DNA of 64,000 bases from NCBI GenBank assembly GCA_963796835.1, contig CAWCND010000015.1, forward strand, positions 101,386 through 165,385. The letters are read 5' to 3'. Positions within the stretch are counted from its first letter, which is position 1. Each line of letters begins with the position of its first letter. Shown here in pieces: positions 49,801-62,193 of the stretch. The notes under the pieces were generated by a model, which worked only from the letters and a program-made list of their open reading frames with translations, was not told the origin of the DNA and did not search any database. The position numbers were made by a program, and so were the translations under genes. Source of the DNA: Candidatus Aminicenantes bacterium. GTDB lineage: Bacteria; Acidobacteriota; Aminicenantia; Aminicenantales; Saccharicenantaceae.

Positions 49801-52800
49801 GCCTGATCTACGAAACCAAGGACGAATCCGGCGGGGTTTGCCGCGAGAGCCAGGAGTTCCTGGTCGCGGGGAAAAAGGCCTCGGCGCGCCTGCCGGTCCT
49901 CATGAGCGCGGAGCGGTCCACGGTCCCCGTCGGAAAGACCGCCCGGATCCTTTTCCACAGCGGCTTCGCGGACCAGCCCTTGCTCCTCGAAACCTTCAAG
50001 GGCGGCGAGATCTGGGAGCGGCGCTGGCTCGAGGCCGGCAAGGACGGCGGCGTCCTCGAGATCCCCGTCACCGAAGAGCTCCGGGGTGGGTTCGGGGCGC
50101 GCCTGACGGCGCTCAGGGACCATCAGTTCCTGACGGACGAGGCGAGCGTCTTCGTCCCCTGGGACAATAAGGAGCTCGACCTCGCCTTCTCGACCTTCCG
50201 CGACAAGCTCGCCCCGGGCGGCCGGGAAACGTGGCGGGTGACGGTCAAAACGCAGGGCGGGAAGCCCGCGGTCCAGGGCGCCGCCGAGCTCCTGGCTTAC
50301 ATGTACGACCGGAGCCTCGACCTTTTCGCGCCTCACCACCCGCCCAGCCTGCTGAGCCTCTACCCGAACAGGGCCGGGACGGCGGCCTGGGATCCCTCGC
50401 TGGGCATGGCCCGGCAGGCGTACTCGGACGATTCCGGGCTGGGCGCACATCCCGTCGTATCCCGACGTTCCGGCCAGACAGCCTCGTGAATCTCAGCGGG
50501 TACGGGATCGGCGGGCCGGGCGGCCGCGTTCTGGGCGGCGTCGTCGGCGGTGTGCTGGGCGGCATCGTGAGCGACCGGGCGGCGGCCAGGCCGGCCGCGG
50601 CCATGGCCACAGAAATCGTCGCTCGAGGAAGCCCGCGTCGAAGCGCCCGGAAAAGGCAAGGAGGGCGCGCCCGCTCAGGAGCCGCCGGCGGCCCGGCGAA
50701 GCCGCCGTCCCGCTGCAGATCGAATTTCTCGGAGACGGCTTTCTGGCAGCCCCATCTCCTCACGGGCGCGGACGGGACCGCGGCCGTCGAGTTCACTGTC
50801 CCCGATTCCGTCACGGGGTGGCGGGTCTTCGTCCACGGGGTGACGCGGGACCTCATGGGCGGGACGCTCGAGAAAGAGGCCCGGACCGTCAAGGAGCTCA
50901 TGGTCCGACCATACCTGCCGCGGTTCTTCCGGGAGGGCGACCGGGCCGAGCTCAGGGTCATGGTCAATAATGCCGGGGACAAGGAACTGGCGGGCGAGGT
51001 CGGGCTCGAGATCTTCGACCCGGCCACGAACGAGAATCTGGCGCCCGCGTTCGGGCTCCCGGCGAGCGTCCCGGCCCAGGCGTTCAAGGTCAAGGCGGGC
51101 GGCGCGAGCGCCGTCACCTTCCCGCTCGCGGCGCCGGCGCGGGTCGGGACCGTGGCCTTCAAGGTCACGGCCAGGGCAGGGGCGTTCGCCGACGGCGAGC
51201 TCAGGCCGCTGCCGGTCCTGCCCGGGCGGATGCATCTCGTCCAGTCGCGGTTCGCGACGCTCAAGGAGGGCGGGACGCGCGAATTGAAGTTCGCGGACCT
51301 GGCGAAGGCGGACGACCCGACGCGGATCAACGAACAGCTCGTCGTCACCGTGGACGCCCAGCTATTTTACGGGCTCCTGGAGGCCCTCCCCTACCTCGTC
51401 AATTACCCTTACGAGTGCACGGAGCAGACCCTCAACCGGTTCATGTGCACGGGCATCCTGACGAGCCTCTACGACAAGTATCCGGCGGTCGCGCGCATGG
51501 CCCAGGCCCTGAGCAAGCGCGAGACGGTCTACGAGACGTTCGACGCCGCCGACCCGAACCGCAAGATGGGCCTCGAGGAGACGCCGTGGCTGGCGGAGTC
51601 ACGGGGCGGCCAGGACGCGGGGTCCGGGGTGGAGAAAGTCCTCGACCCCCGCGTGGCCAAGGCCCAGAGAGAGGCGTCGCTCGGGAAGCTCTTGAAGGCG
51701 CAGACCTCGCTCGGGGCGTTCCCGTGGTGGCCGGGCGGGCCGCCCTCGCCCTACATGACCCTCTACATCGTCCACGGGTTCTCGAAGGCGATCGAGTTCG
51801 GCGTGAGCGTCCCGAAGGATCCGGTCGTGCGGGCGTTCGGCTACCTCCACCGTCACTACATCGACGAGCTCGTGGCGACGCTCATGGCCCGCGACACGCG
51901 GCTGGGAGTTCGTCACCTTCCTGAATTACACGGTCGGCAATTTCCCGGACGCGTCCTGGACGGGCGGCGTCTTCACGGACGCCGAGCGGAAGCTGATGCT
52001 CGAATTCTCGTTCAAGCATTGGAAGGACCACTCGCCCTACCTCAAGGGGTACCTGGCCCTGACGCTCAAGCGGGCGGGACGGTTGAAGGACGCGGCGCTC
52101 GTCTGGGACAGCGTGATGGACAGCGCCAAGACGACGGAGGACGAGGGGACGAGCTGGGCGCCGGAGGACCGGGGCTGGCTCTGGTACAACGACACGATCG
52201 AGACGCACGCCTTCGCCCTGCGGACGCTCATGGAGCTCGAGCCGGCGGACGCGAGGAGCGAGGGGCTCGTCCAGTGGCTCTTCCTCAACAAGAAGCTCAA
52301 CCACTGGAAGTCGACGCGGGCGACGGCCGAGGTCATCTACGCCGTGGCCTATTTCCTGAAGCAGACGGGCGGGCTGGGCGCGAGGGAGGCGGTGACGGTC
52401 GAGGCGTGCGGCGCGAGGACGAGGTTCACGTTCGAGCCGGACAAGTACACGGGAAAGAAAAACCAGGTCGTGATCCCGGGCGAGAAGCTCGGGCCGCCGT
52501 GCGCGACGGTCCGGGTCAGCAAGGAAGGGAAAGGGATGGCCTTCGCCAGCGCGACCTGGCATTTCAGCACGGACAAGATGCCGGAGCGAGGGCGAAGGGG
52601 ACCTGTTCGCGGTCGAGCGGAGCTATTTCAAGCGGGAAAAGAAGGGCGACGAGGTCGTCCTGAAGCCGCTGGCCGAGGGCGCGGCGCTCGCGGTCGGCGA
52701 CGAGATCGAGGTCGCAGCTCGCGATCCGGGCGAGGCACCCCGCCGAGTACGTCCATCTGCGCGACCCGCGGCCGTCGGGCTGCGAGCCCGTGACGCTCAC

Positions 52801-53024
52801 ATCGGGGTACAAGTGGGACCTGGGGCTCGGGCGCTACGAGGAGGTCAGGGACAGCGGCACGAATTTCTTCATGGAGCGGCTGCCGCGAGGGCGAGTACAC
52901 GCTCAAGTACCGGATGCGGTGCGCCATGGCCGGGACGTTCAAGGCCGCCCCGGCGACGCTCCAGTCGATGTACGCGCCGGAATTCGCGGCCTACTCCGCC
53001 GGCGCGCTGGTGACCATCAGATGA
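46865..53024 (+). CDS. Bacterial alpha-2-macroglobulin family protein (about 2000 aa); many frameshifts
   Basis: YTDRSIYRPGQ; NEFGTASGEF; VEEYKRPTFEV (MG2); FSETAFWQPHL; PDSVTGW; thioester YPYECTEQT (TGC at 51416); FPWWPGG; HWKSTRAT; MYAPEF at the end. Confidence 0.9.
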
Positions 53025-53049
53025 TCGAACGGAGCTTGAGCCGGCAATC

Positions 53050-53079
53050 TTGACAGAGATCTTCCCCGCGTGTTACGTT
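53050..53079 (+). promoter_or_regulatory. Putative sigma70 promoter of the metalloprotease gene
   Basis: TTGACA at 53050-53055; TG-t-TACGTT at 53071-53079. Confidence 0.5.
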
Positions 53080-53134
53080 TCCGCCTCATGTGGCCCGGGC
53101 CGGAATCGCTGACATTCAGTCGAGGAGGATGTTC

Positions 53135-55665
53135 ATGAAAAGATTTCTTTCCGTCATCCTGGTCCTTTGTCTGGCCGTGATGGTCTTCTCCCAGGAGAAG
53201 CCCAAGCCGGCGCAGGAGGCCAAGCCGCCGCAGGCCAAGCAGGAAACCCCCGCGGCCAAGCCCGCCGAGGGCGAGCCCAAGCCTTATGACAGGTCGTCAC
53301 GGCGGACTTCAAAACGCCAGACCGGCCTTTTCAAGGCCCACACGTGCAAGGGGAAAGCTCCTCCTGGAGATCCCGCCGGCCGAACTGGGCAAGGACTTCC
53401 TTCTCGTCGTCCGAGATCGAGAAAAGCCCCAGCGCCGCGAGCTATCCTGGCCAGTAGGTCGTCGACCTGGTCGTCCGCTGGGACCAGCGGGAGAACAAGG
53501 TCCTCCTGCGGGCCGTCTCCTACTCCAATATCGCCGATCCGAACGACCCCATCAAGAAGGCGGTGGACGCCATGGAGACGGCCGACGATCATGATGGCCT
53601 TCCCGGTCGAAGCCTTGGCCGCCGGACGGGCCCCGGTCATCGATGCCACGAAGTTCTTCACCGCCGACGTCAACGAGATCCCGGTGAAGAAGACGCGTCG
53701 GCGGCAGGCCATCGACCCGTCCCGGTCGTTCTTCGACAAGGTCAGGGTCTATCCCGATCAACATGAACGTCGCAGCGACCCAGACCTTCAATCCCAAGCC
53801 GCCCACGCTGCCGCCCGGCTTCCCGCCCCAGTACATCGATTATCTGCCCCAGCCGCCCAGCCCGACGGCCGTGGTCACTTATTCGTTCGTCAAGCTCCCG
53901 AAAAGCCCATGATGGGCCGCCTGAAGGACTACCGGGTGGCGATATTTCACCCACGGCCATACCGACTACAGCCGGCCCGAGCACGAGACCACGGCCCGCG
54001 ATTACATCGCCCGCTGGCGCCTGGAAAAGAAGAACCCCGCCGCCGCCAAGAGCGAGCCGGTCAAGCCCATCGTCTTCTACGTCGATCCGGCCACGCCCAA
54101 GAAATGGGTCCCCTACATCAAAAAGGGCATCGAGGCCTGGCAGCCCGCCTTCGAGGAGGCCGGCTTCCTCAAGGCCATCGTGGCCAAGGAGCGCCCCGAC
54201 GCCCAGGAGGACCCCGACTGGAGCGGCCGACGACGCCCGCTATTCCGTGATCCGCTGGGTGCCGTCGACCACGGCCAACGCCATGGGCCCGCACGTCTCC
54301 GATCCCGCGGAGCGGCGAGATCCTGGAACGCCGACATCGAGATCTACCACAACGTCCAGCAGCTGGCCCGGGACTGGTATTGGGCGCAGGTCGGCGCCCC
54401 TCGATCCGCGGGTCAAGACCCTGCCCATTCCCGACGAGCTCATGGGCGACATCCTGGTCTTCATCGTCACCCACGAGGTCGGTCATTCGCTCGGCCTGCC
54501 CCACAACTTCAAGGCCAGCGCGCCTATCCCATCGAGAAGATCCGGGACAAGAACTGGGTGAAGAAGAACAGCCACGTCCCGACCCTGATGGACTACAGCC
54601 GTTTCAACTACGTGGCCCAGCCGGAGGACGGCATCGACCCAAGGACCTCATCCCCAAGATCGGTCCCTACGACATTTCTCAGCATCAAGTGGGGCTATAC
54701 GCCGATCCCCGGCGGCCAAAACCCCGGACGATGAAAAGCCCGCCCTCGAACGCGATGTGCAAGGTGCAGGAGACGACGCCCTGGCTGCGCTTCAGCACGG
54801 CCGGCGCGCGCGGCACGGACCCCGGCGAGGAGACCGAGGCCGTCGGCGACATCGATGCCGTCCAAGCGACCGAGCTCGGCATCAAGAACCTCAAGCGGGT
54901 CGTGAACATGCTCGCCGGGGCCGTCCTCAAGCCCGGCGAAAATTACGACGAGTTCGAGCCACATGTACACGGCGATCTGGGAGCCAGGCGCGCCTCGAAT
55001 CCGGCCACGTGGCCAATATCGTCGGCGGCTACGACAGCGAGCCCAAGGTCGGGCTGGCGCCCGGAGTCCGCTTCCAGCCCGTCTCCAAGGCCCGCCAGCA
55101 GGAGGCCGTGAGATTCCTCAACGAGAACGTCTTCAAGACGCCGACCTGGCTCGAGCCCGCGGACATCGTCCGCAAGATCGAACCCTCGAGCGGCCAGGCC
55201 AGGCTCGTGGCCCTCCAGCAGGGCCTCTTGAACAATCTCCTCCGGCCAACCCGGACCGGCCGTCTCCAGGACCACGCGGCCATCCTCGGCGACCAGGCGT
55301 ATACCGTCGTAGAGCTTCTCTCGGACCTGCGGTCGGGCATCTTCACGGAATTGAGCGGACCCCAAGTCGCGATCGATCCCTATCGCCGCAACCTGCAGAG
55401 GGCCTACATTGAAATCCTGAACGGCCGGCTGGCGCCGCCCCAGGCCGGGGCCCAGGGCGGGGCTGCGATGCCCGGAGCGTCGGGACCCGCGTTCATGATC
55501 CGGAACGACGACAGCCGGGCGGCCATCCGGGCGGAGCTGAAAGCCCTTCGACGGCTCTTTCTCGACAAATCGGCCGTCGCGTCCGATGCGGCGACCAAGA
55601 ACCACTTGGCGGACCTGGCTGACCTCGTCGAGTTGGCCCTGGATCCGCGGGGAGCGAATCGCTGA
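53135..55665 (+). CDS. EcxA-type zinc-dependent metalloprotease (DUF5117/DUF5118/DUF4953 architecture); frameshifted
   Basis: Signal peptide; KPIVFYVDP; WQPAFEEAGF; ADIEIYHNV; THEVGHSLGLPHNFKAS (HExxHxxGxxH); LMDYSRFNYVAQPED. Confidence 0.88.
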
Positions 55666-55696
55666 CGATCGACTGACCGGATTCTGATTTTCTTAA

Positions 55697-57214
55697 TTAT
55701 CCGGCTGGCGCACTCCCGCCGCCCGAAGGAGGTGACGCCGTCCGCGGGTGGAGTCGAACGGGCCTTTTCCAGAGGTCATTGAGCAAGCCGTAATTGCCGA
55801 CCGAATCATAGCCGAATCCCCCGAAGGTCCAGAACAACTGGCCGCTCGTATCGAGCCAGCATACCGCGCCTACTCTTGCCCCGGGGACGTTAGCCGCGGC
55901 GGACTCGCCGTTGGAGAGGGAGAGGTAGGTGCCCTTCTGATTTACGGTGTTGCTGCCGGATATCCAGGCCCAGTTGGACCAGTTATACTCCCACAGGTCA
56001 TTAAGAGCGCCGAGAGCGCCCCCTGAATCGTACCCGTTCCCCCCGAAGAGCCAGAGGTTGCCGTAGGTATCGATCTGGGACACGGCCTTTTGTCTTCCCC
56101 CGGAAACGTTTGACGAATCGTACTTGGACTGGGTGCCGTAAGCGCCCGCCTGATTCACGGTGTTGCTGCCGGATTGCCAGGTCCATTTGACCCTGTCATA
56201 CGTCCACAGGTCATTAAGGGCGCCGAGAGCGCCGCCGGAATCATACCCATTTCCCCCGAAGAGCCAGAGCTTGCCACTGTAATCGAGCCAGGTTACAGCA
56301 TAGCCCCTTGCCCCGGGGACGTTTGACGGAGCAGGCCTGCCCTTGGTGCCATAAGCGCCCGCCTGATTAACGGTATTGCCGCCGGAGACCCAGGTCCATT
56401 CCAGGGTTGCCGGGTCATACTTCCAAACGTCGTTGAGATAGCCGAGATTGCCGCCCGAATCAAGGCCATATCCCCCGAAGAGCCAAATCTTGCCGCCGGA
56501 ATCGCGCCATACGACGACCGCGTCTCTTGCCCCGGGGACGTTTGACGGATCGGCCGTGCCCAGGGTGCCGTAACTGCCAACCTGATTGACGATATTGCCG
56601 CCGGAGACCCAAGTCCATTCCAGGGTTGCCGGGTCATACTTCCAAACGTCGTTGAGATAGCCGGAATTACCGCCCGAATCCACGCCAGTTCCCCCGAAGA
56701 GCCAGAGTCTGCCATAGGGATCAAGCTGGGATACGGCCCCGGACCTTGCCCCGGGGACGTTTGACGGATCGGCTGCGCCCTGAATGCCGTAGCTGCCCTC
56801 CTGATTTACGGTGTTGCTGCCTAATATCCAGGTCCAGTTGGTTCCGTCATACTTCCATATGTCATTAAGATAGCCGGCATTGCCGGCCGAATCATAGCCA
56901 TTTCCGCCGAAGAGCCAGAGGTTGCCGCCGGAATCGCGCCAGGATACTGACCCAGACCTTGCCCCGGGGACGTTTGACGAAGCGGCTGTGCCCTGGGTGC
57001 CGTACGTGCCCGCCTGATTTACGGCGTTACTGCCGGAGGCCCAGGTCCAATAATAGGTCGGCACCGGATTAGATTTCGGGATTGGTGGGTTGTTGCTATC
57101 GCAGGCAGACAGCAGCGCCAAAAATGAAAAAACCAATATCGCCGATACCAACCCGCTCTTTTTACGACCCTTAAAAAATGAATTCGCTCTTTGCATCTTC
57201 GCTTTCCTCTTCAC
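55697..57214 (-). CDS. Kelch-like repeat lipoprotein, six repeats (paralogue 2)
   Basis: Lipobox LSAC; six WTW.SG...PGAR...LWLFGG...LND.W units, as in 15027..16472. Confidence 0.85.
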   Translation of the reverse strand: MKRKAKMQRANSFFKGRKKSGLVSAILVFSFLALLSACDSNNPPIPKSNPVPTYYWTWASGSNAVNQAGTYGTQGTAASSNVPGARSGSVSWRDSGGNLWLFGGNGYDSAGNAGYLNDIWKYDGTNWTWILGSNTVNQEGSYGIQGAADPSNVPGARSGAVSQLDPYGRLWLFGGTGVDSGGNSGYLNDVWKYDPATLEWTWVSGGNIVNQVGSYGTLGTADPSNVPGARDAVVVWRDSGGKIWLFGGYGLDSGGNLGYLNDVWKYDPATLEWTWVSGGNTVNQAGAYGTKGRPAPSNVPGARGYAVTWLDYSGKLWLFGGNGYDSGGALGALNDLWTYDRVKWTWQSGSNTVNQAGAYGTQSKYDSSNVSGGRQKAVSQIDTYGNLWLFGGNGYDSGGALGALNDLWEYNWSNWAWISGSNTVNQKGTYLSLSNGESAAANVPGARVGAVCWLDTSGQLFWTFGGFGYDSVGNYGLLNDLWKRPVRLHPRTASPPSGGGSAPAG

Positions 57215-57442
57215 CCACTTTTAATCCGAAGCCTGAAAACGCCGGCTTTCGTCAAACATCAACATTCATCCTTATCCTAGCACGTAGAGTGGCATACCGC
57301 AATCACAACAGAAGATAAGGATCATCGCTTCCAGGCTGCGCAGGTATTCACCTCGATATCTCATTCAATGTTGTCCCCGGCCTCGGCTTGATGTCGATGG
57401 ATTCATCATGTCTGTCGGACCTTCCCGGCTTTTAAGGCTCCC

Positions 57443-59279
57443 TCAATAGTCGCCGATACGGTTGATCAAGCGCGTCCAAAAGTCTGAGCCGTTGGAACTG
57501 TTGGTCATGATGACGATCCCGGAACCTCGGCCTGTATGGAACTGGGAGAAGCAGCGGAAACCCGACCTGTTCGACCCGCTGTGATGAAAGAAGCGGCCTT
57601 CCTCCGTCGCGTTGATCGACCAGCCCAGCCCCCAATAAACCGCCCGGCCCTGTGCCCGTCCGGGCCGCTCGATCGGTTCTCTGACGTCGAGCTTGACCTG
57701 AGGTGAGAGCATTTCGTTGATGGACTTTTGCGACAAAGAATGCCGTGCCGACCGGTCGGTCTTCATGATCTCGGTCAGGAAAACGGCATATTCCGCGGCG
57801 GTCGTATAAAGGGTGTAGGCGGCGTTGGCATGGGTGTATTTCGTTTTTTGCAAGAAGGCGCCTTTCTCGTCGTGGCCGGCGGCGAGCTTGGCTCTCGACA
57901 TCCTCCGTCCAGACGAAGCTCGTATGCTTCAATCCCAACGGCCGGAGCAGTGTCCGTCCGGCGTAGATCTCCAGCGGTTCGCCCGTGATATGCTCGACGA
58001 CCCGCTGAAGCAGATAGAAGCCTTCGCCGGAATAGCTGAACCTCGACCCGGGGGAAAACAGCACGGGCAACGGGCCGTCCAGTTCGTCCTCTCCCTTGCG
58101 CCAGTTCGGAAGACCGGACGTATGGGAAAGGACCATCCGCGCTGTAATGCGTTGGCGCTGTTCCTGATTCGGGATATGGGGTTCCCGCAAGTACTCGGCC
58201 AAAGGCCTGTCAAGGTCGAGCTTGCCCTGTTCGACAAGCTTCAAGGCGATATAGGCAAAGACCGGTTTGGTCATCGAGCAGGCTTCGAACAGCGTTTCGT
58301 CGGTGACCGGGACAGGCTGATCGACGCGGGCGATCCCGAAATTCCTCGACCATATCAATTTTCGGTTGTCGACCAGGGCGATGGAAGCTCCGGGAATGTG
58401 AAGTTCTTTCATCAGCTCCGGGGCCACGCTGTCGATCGCCGCCGCCGTCGAACGCCAATCCGGGGTCTTGTCCACCGTTCCCGGGTCGATCGTCCTCAAA
58501 GCCAGGTTCGCGGCCCAGCGCACATCCTGGTCCGGGTCACAGAGCAATGCCAGGAGGGCGGGCGCCGCGTCCTTGGCTTGTGCGCCCAAAGCGCCCAAGT
58601 CGTTAACGGCGCCCCAGCGGACATCCGCGGCGCCGTCCTTCAGCGCGTTGACCAGCGCGGGCAAGGCCGGCCGGCCATCGGCCCCCATTTTGCCGATCGC
58701 GACCGTCGCGGCCTCGCGGACATGTTCGTTCTTGTCCTCGAGCGCAACGATAAGCGCGGGGACCGCTTCCCGTCCGATCTTGCCCAAGGCCGCGGCGGCT
58801 TTGCCGACGACGAAAGGGTCATGATCGGCCAGGGCCGCGACCAGGGCCTGGATCGCGCCCCCGTCTCTCGCTCCGAGCTTTCCCAGCGCCTCAGCCGCGT
58901 GCTCGCGCACTTTCGCGTCGGGATCGCTCAGGGCCTTGAGGAGCCCGGCAGTCACCTCATCCGTTCGCCGGCCGAGATCGCCCAGGACCAGGGCCGCTCC
59001 CTGACGAATGTAGACGTTATCGTCGGTCAACGCTCCGATCAGCAACGGCACGGCCGCCGGGCCTGTTTTCTCCAGCGCAACGGCGGCTCTCCAGCGGACC
59101 TCCATATCGGCGTCGCCCAAGGCGCGGATGAGATCAGGTGTCGGCCTATCTGCCCCCGGGATAGATTCATCGATATATTCCGCTGGATCATGCGAATTTC
59201 CGCGAGCCATCGTCGCAACGCCGGGCAGGAGAAGGCAGAGGCTGATAACGGTTCCAAGGGTGATATGGCGTCTCGTCAT
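57443..59279 (-). CDS. HEAT-repeat + serine hydrolase (beta-lactamase family) fusion; frameshift near 57905
   Basis: Signal peptide; about six HEAT_2 units (ALxDxDxxVRxxAA); then FEACSMTKP (SxxK), LSHTSGLPNWR, FSYSGEGF, HSGSN. Confidence 0.8.
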
Positions 59280-59496
59280 TTTCGGTTCATTCTCCTCATA
59301 AGGATCCGCAACCGTCCAGGTTCGTGCTCTAGGCCAGGGCCTATCCTCCGGTCAGGATACTACCTCCGGAGCTGGATTATCAACCTCACGGGCTTATGGT
59401 CTTCACGGCACACGACGCGACCGCCGCCGCCTCAGCCGCTCAGATTCCAGGCAGGGGCGAACACGCTTCATGACGCCGGGGTTATCGGTAAGATGC

Positions 59497-62107
59497 CTAT
59501 TCCAGGTGGAACGTGAGGATCTTCCACGGTTCGGCGGCCACGGAAAGCCGGCCGTTCCTGAGCTTGGCCTCGGCCAGCTGGTTGCCGATGAGGTCAGTCG
59601 CGGCGGCCCGACTCACGGGAAGACGCAGCGAGACTTCTCCTTCTGCATGGAGGCCCTCGGTTTCAATGATCCGCAACTCATAGCCGCCGGCCGGCTTTCT
59701 CCTGAACGCCGAGAGCTCGAGCCCCTGAGGCAGAACGCCCAGGAATCCTCCGCACGGCGGAAGGTCGCCGGGCCGCGGCTTCCGCAGGTTACAAGCCAGG
59801 GGCCTGGTGAAGGCCGCTGCGGCGCGCAGGCGTTCGGCGTTCCGGAGGCTTCCCCCATGAGGCATTAAGCCGTGGCGGTACTCGGCATACACCGGCCAGC
59901 CGTATTCCTGCGTGAAATGCGATTCCCACTCCCGCATGACCAGGTTCGAGATGGGGCCCCGCGTTTCCCTCAGGAAATACTGTGTCCCGGCATGCAGGAG
60001 AAGGAGCCCACGGTCAGCACCCAGCAGGTCGACGAAGGTCAGCGCGTGGAAGGCCGGGTTCTTCGTCTCCTCGACGCCAAAGGGATAATCCCGCAAAATC
60101 TTGACCACCGGAAAGCCGGGAACCAATGACAACCAGTAGCCTTCTTTGATATCCGGGGGAGAGACATCGGGGAGAGGCGGGACCTGGGCTAGGACGCGGG
60201 TGATGACCTCGAGGCACGGCGACCCGGCCGCCAGAGTTACCCGCGTTTCGAACATCAGGTACTTCCAGCTGTGTTGGGCACGGAGGGTCGCCCAGAGCGG
60301 CCCGCGGGCCAGCCAATCGATTCGCGCTTTGGAGGTCCCGCTGTCGTACGAGGCCGGGGGCTGGGGCCGAGTCGCCAGGCTTGGGTTCGGCCGGCCATGG
60401 AAATGCGGGAAGGCCGCGCTCCCAGGCTCGAGCATCTCCAAGCCCGACGGCTTGGCGGCTAGGCTTGCGATACCCCCCGTGGCCGCGTCCAGCCGGACCC
60501 GTAGGAACTCGTTTTCCAGGGTCAGCCGCGACTCGTCGACCCGGAGATCGATCCCGGCCGGAGAGGCGGCCCGGGTAGAGAACTCGAGGCCGTAAGTATC
60601 GTATCCGACCGATGGCACATCCCGGGCGAGAAAAGCCACTTCAGCCATGAGGAGCTCGCCGTCGGGATCCCTGACGTCATTGACAAATTGGGAGGGGACC
60701 ACGCGGCCGGCCCTGTCCCGGACAATGACGCTCCGGCTCCGCGGAGGGACAGAATGAATGCGCCCGGTCATCGTCAAGCCTGTCCGAGGCCAGGCGTGCG
60801 GGTTGAAGACGACGGCCGCCAGGTCCGAGGATCGGCCCACGCGCGTCTGGATGCGTCCGCCGAGAGAGTCCAGGGCACCGTCGAGAACGGCCTGGCCTTG
60901 CTCCTGGGCGGCGTCCAGATGGTTGTAGCCGATGGCGCCCCAAGTGAAGTTGTGGCGGTCTTCCAGGCGGTTGAATGGCGCCATGCGGTCGCCCTGCCAC
61001 CGGGAATATTCGCAGAGGCCGACATCGTGGCTCTGCGAGGTTAAAAGGTCCCTCCAGGCCTTGTCAAGCGCTTCCGCCTGTGACGGGCGGCCGAGCGAGG
61101 CCGCGACGGCGTCAAACAACTCCGCGGCCAGGAGCAGGCCGTTGACCTTGCGGTCTAGGATGCGGACCTGGTCCCCGCCGAGGCCCCAGGTCAGCGACTT
61201 GGTCCAGGCGTCCATCGGCAGGAGGATCGCGTCCTTGGCCTGTGAGCCGTATTTGTCGAGGTACTCCCCGATGGTCACGAATTCGACCTTGTCCAGAGTC
61301 CTGTACCTGGCCGGGGCGGTCAGGTACGCCGGCTCCTCCGGCGATTCCCAGCCGAACTCCTCCCAGGCAAAGATCAGAGGCTTGCCGAGCCCGGCGAGTT
61401 TTTGGAAGTCGGCCGAGGCGGCGAGCTTTTTCAAGTCGGGCGCGTAGCCGAACAGAGCATTCTTCGGGACGCAGGGGATGACCGTCCCGTCGATCCCTTT
61501 CCACCCCAGGACGTTCAGGTCCAGCCGCGGGCAGCCGGCCCGGCCCCACGTGTCCAGCTGGGCCAGGCTGGCATAGCGGAAGCCGGCCAACTTGGCTATC
61601 TGGGGAATTTGGGGATGGGTGAATTCCTCTTCTTCCAAGAACGTCGACCAAGTCGTAACCGAGGGACTTGCGGATCGTCTCCCGTCCCATGACCATTTGC
61701 CGGACATTCGACTCGCCGCTAATCGTCGTGCCCATCGGCTGACCGAAAGTGCCGCCGATCAGCTCGACTTTCCCCGCCGCCAGGTAGAGCTTCAGCCGGT
61801 CCGTGACCTCGGGGAACTTCTCGCTCATGAACTCATAGGCCCTGGCGTCCATATTGATACACGTTTTGACGTGCGGCGGCCGGTCGGCCATTTCCATGGC
61901 GTCGGTCACCGAGAGGACACACGACTCGATACCCAGCTGCCAACCGATGCCAGTGTAGCTCCAGTGGTTGCAGACCGTTAGGCAGACCTCAGGCAGGGCC
62001 CCGGAAGGAGCTGCCCCTCTCGCGAACCCGGGCCACGCCACGAGCGCCACCGCGCCGCCCGCAACCCCCCTCCGCAGGAACGCCCGGCGAGTGATCGTTC
62101 TTTGCAT
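59497..62107 (-). CDS. Tat-exported GH38 (alpha-mannosidase)-like protein, divergent; frameshift near 61650
   Basis: TRRAFLRR Tat motif; KVELIGGTFGQP..ISGESNVRQ; LTSQSHDVG; VFNPHAWPR; LENEFLRV; C-terminal LSAFRRK..YELRIIETEG. Confidence 0.65.
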
Positions 62108-62193
62108 GACAAGGAAGAGCATAAAACAGGACGCGAGGGACCGTCAAGCTGAGCCATTGAGGGACGGGCAGTCCCCCTCTGTCGAACCAGGTA

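Noticed and set aside
55750-55759. GTTCGACTCC (minus strand) as the missing tRNA 3' half
   Set aside because: The flanks do not form a T-stem, there is no CGGGCGC acceptor strand, and it lies within the Kelch gene's coding tail.
57443-58420. Antibiotic-resistance beta-lactamase
   Set aside because: The SxxK/YSG/HSG pattern fits the broad esterase/D-peptidase group rather than class C (YxN/KTG) enzymes; no resistance claim is supportable.
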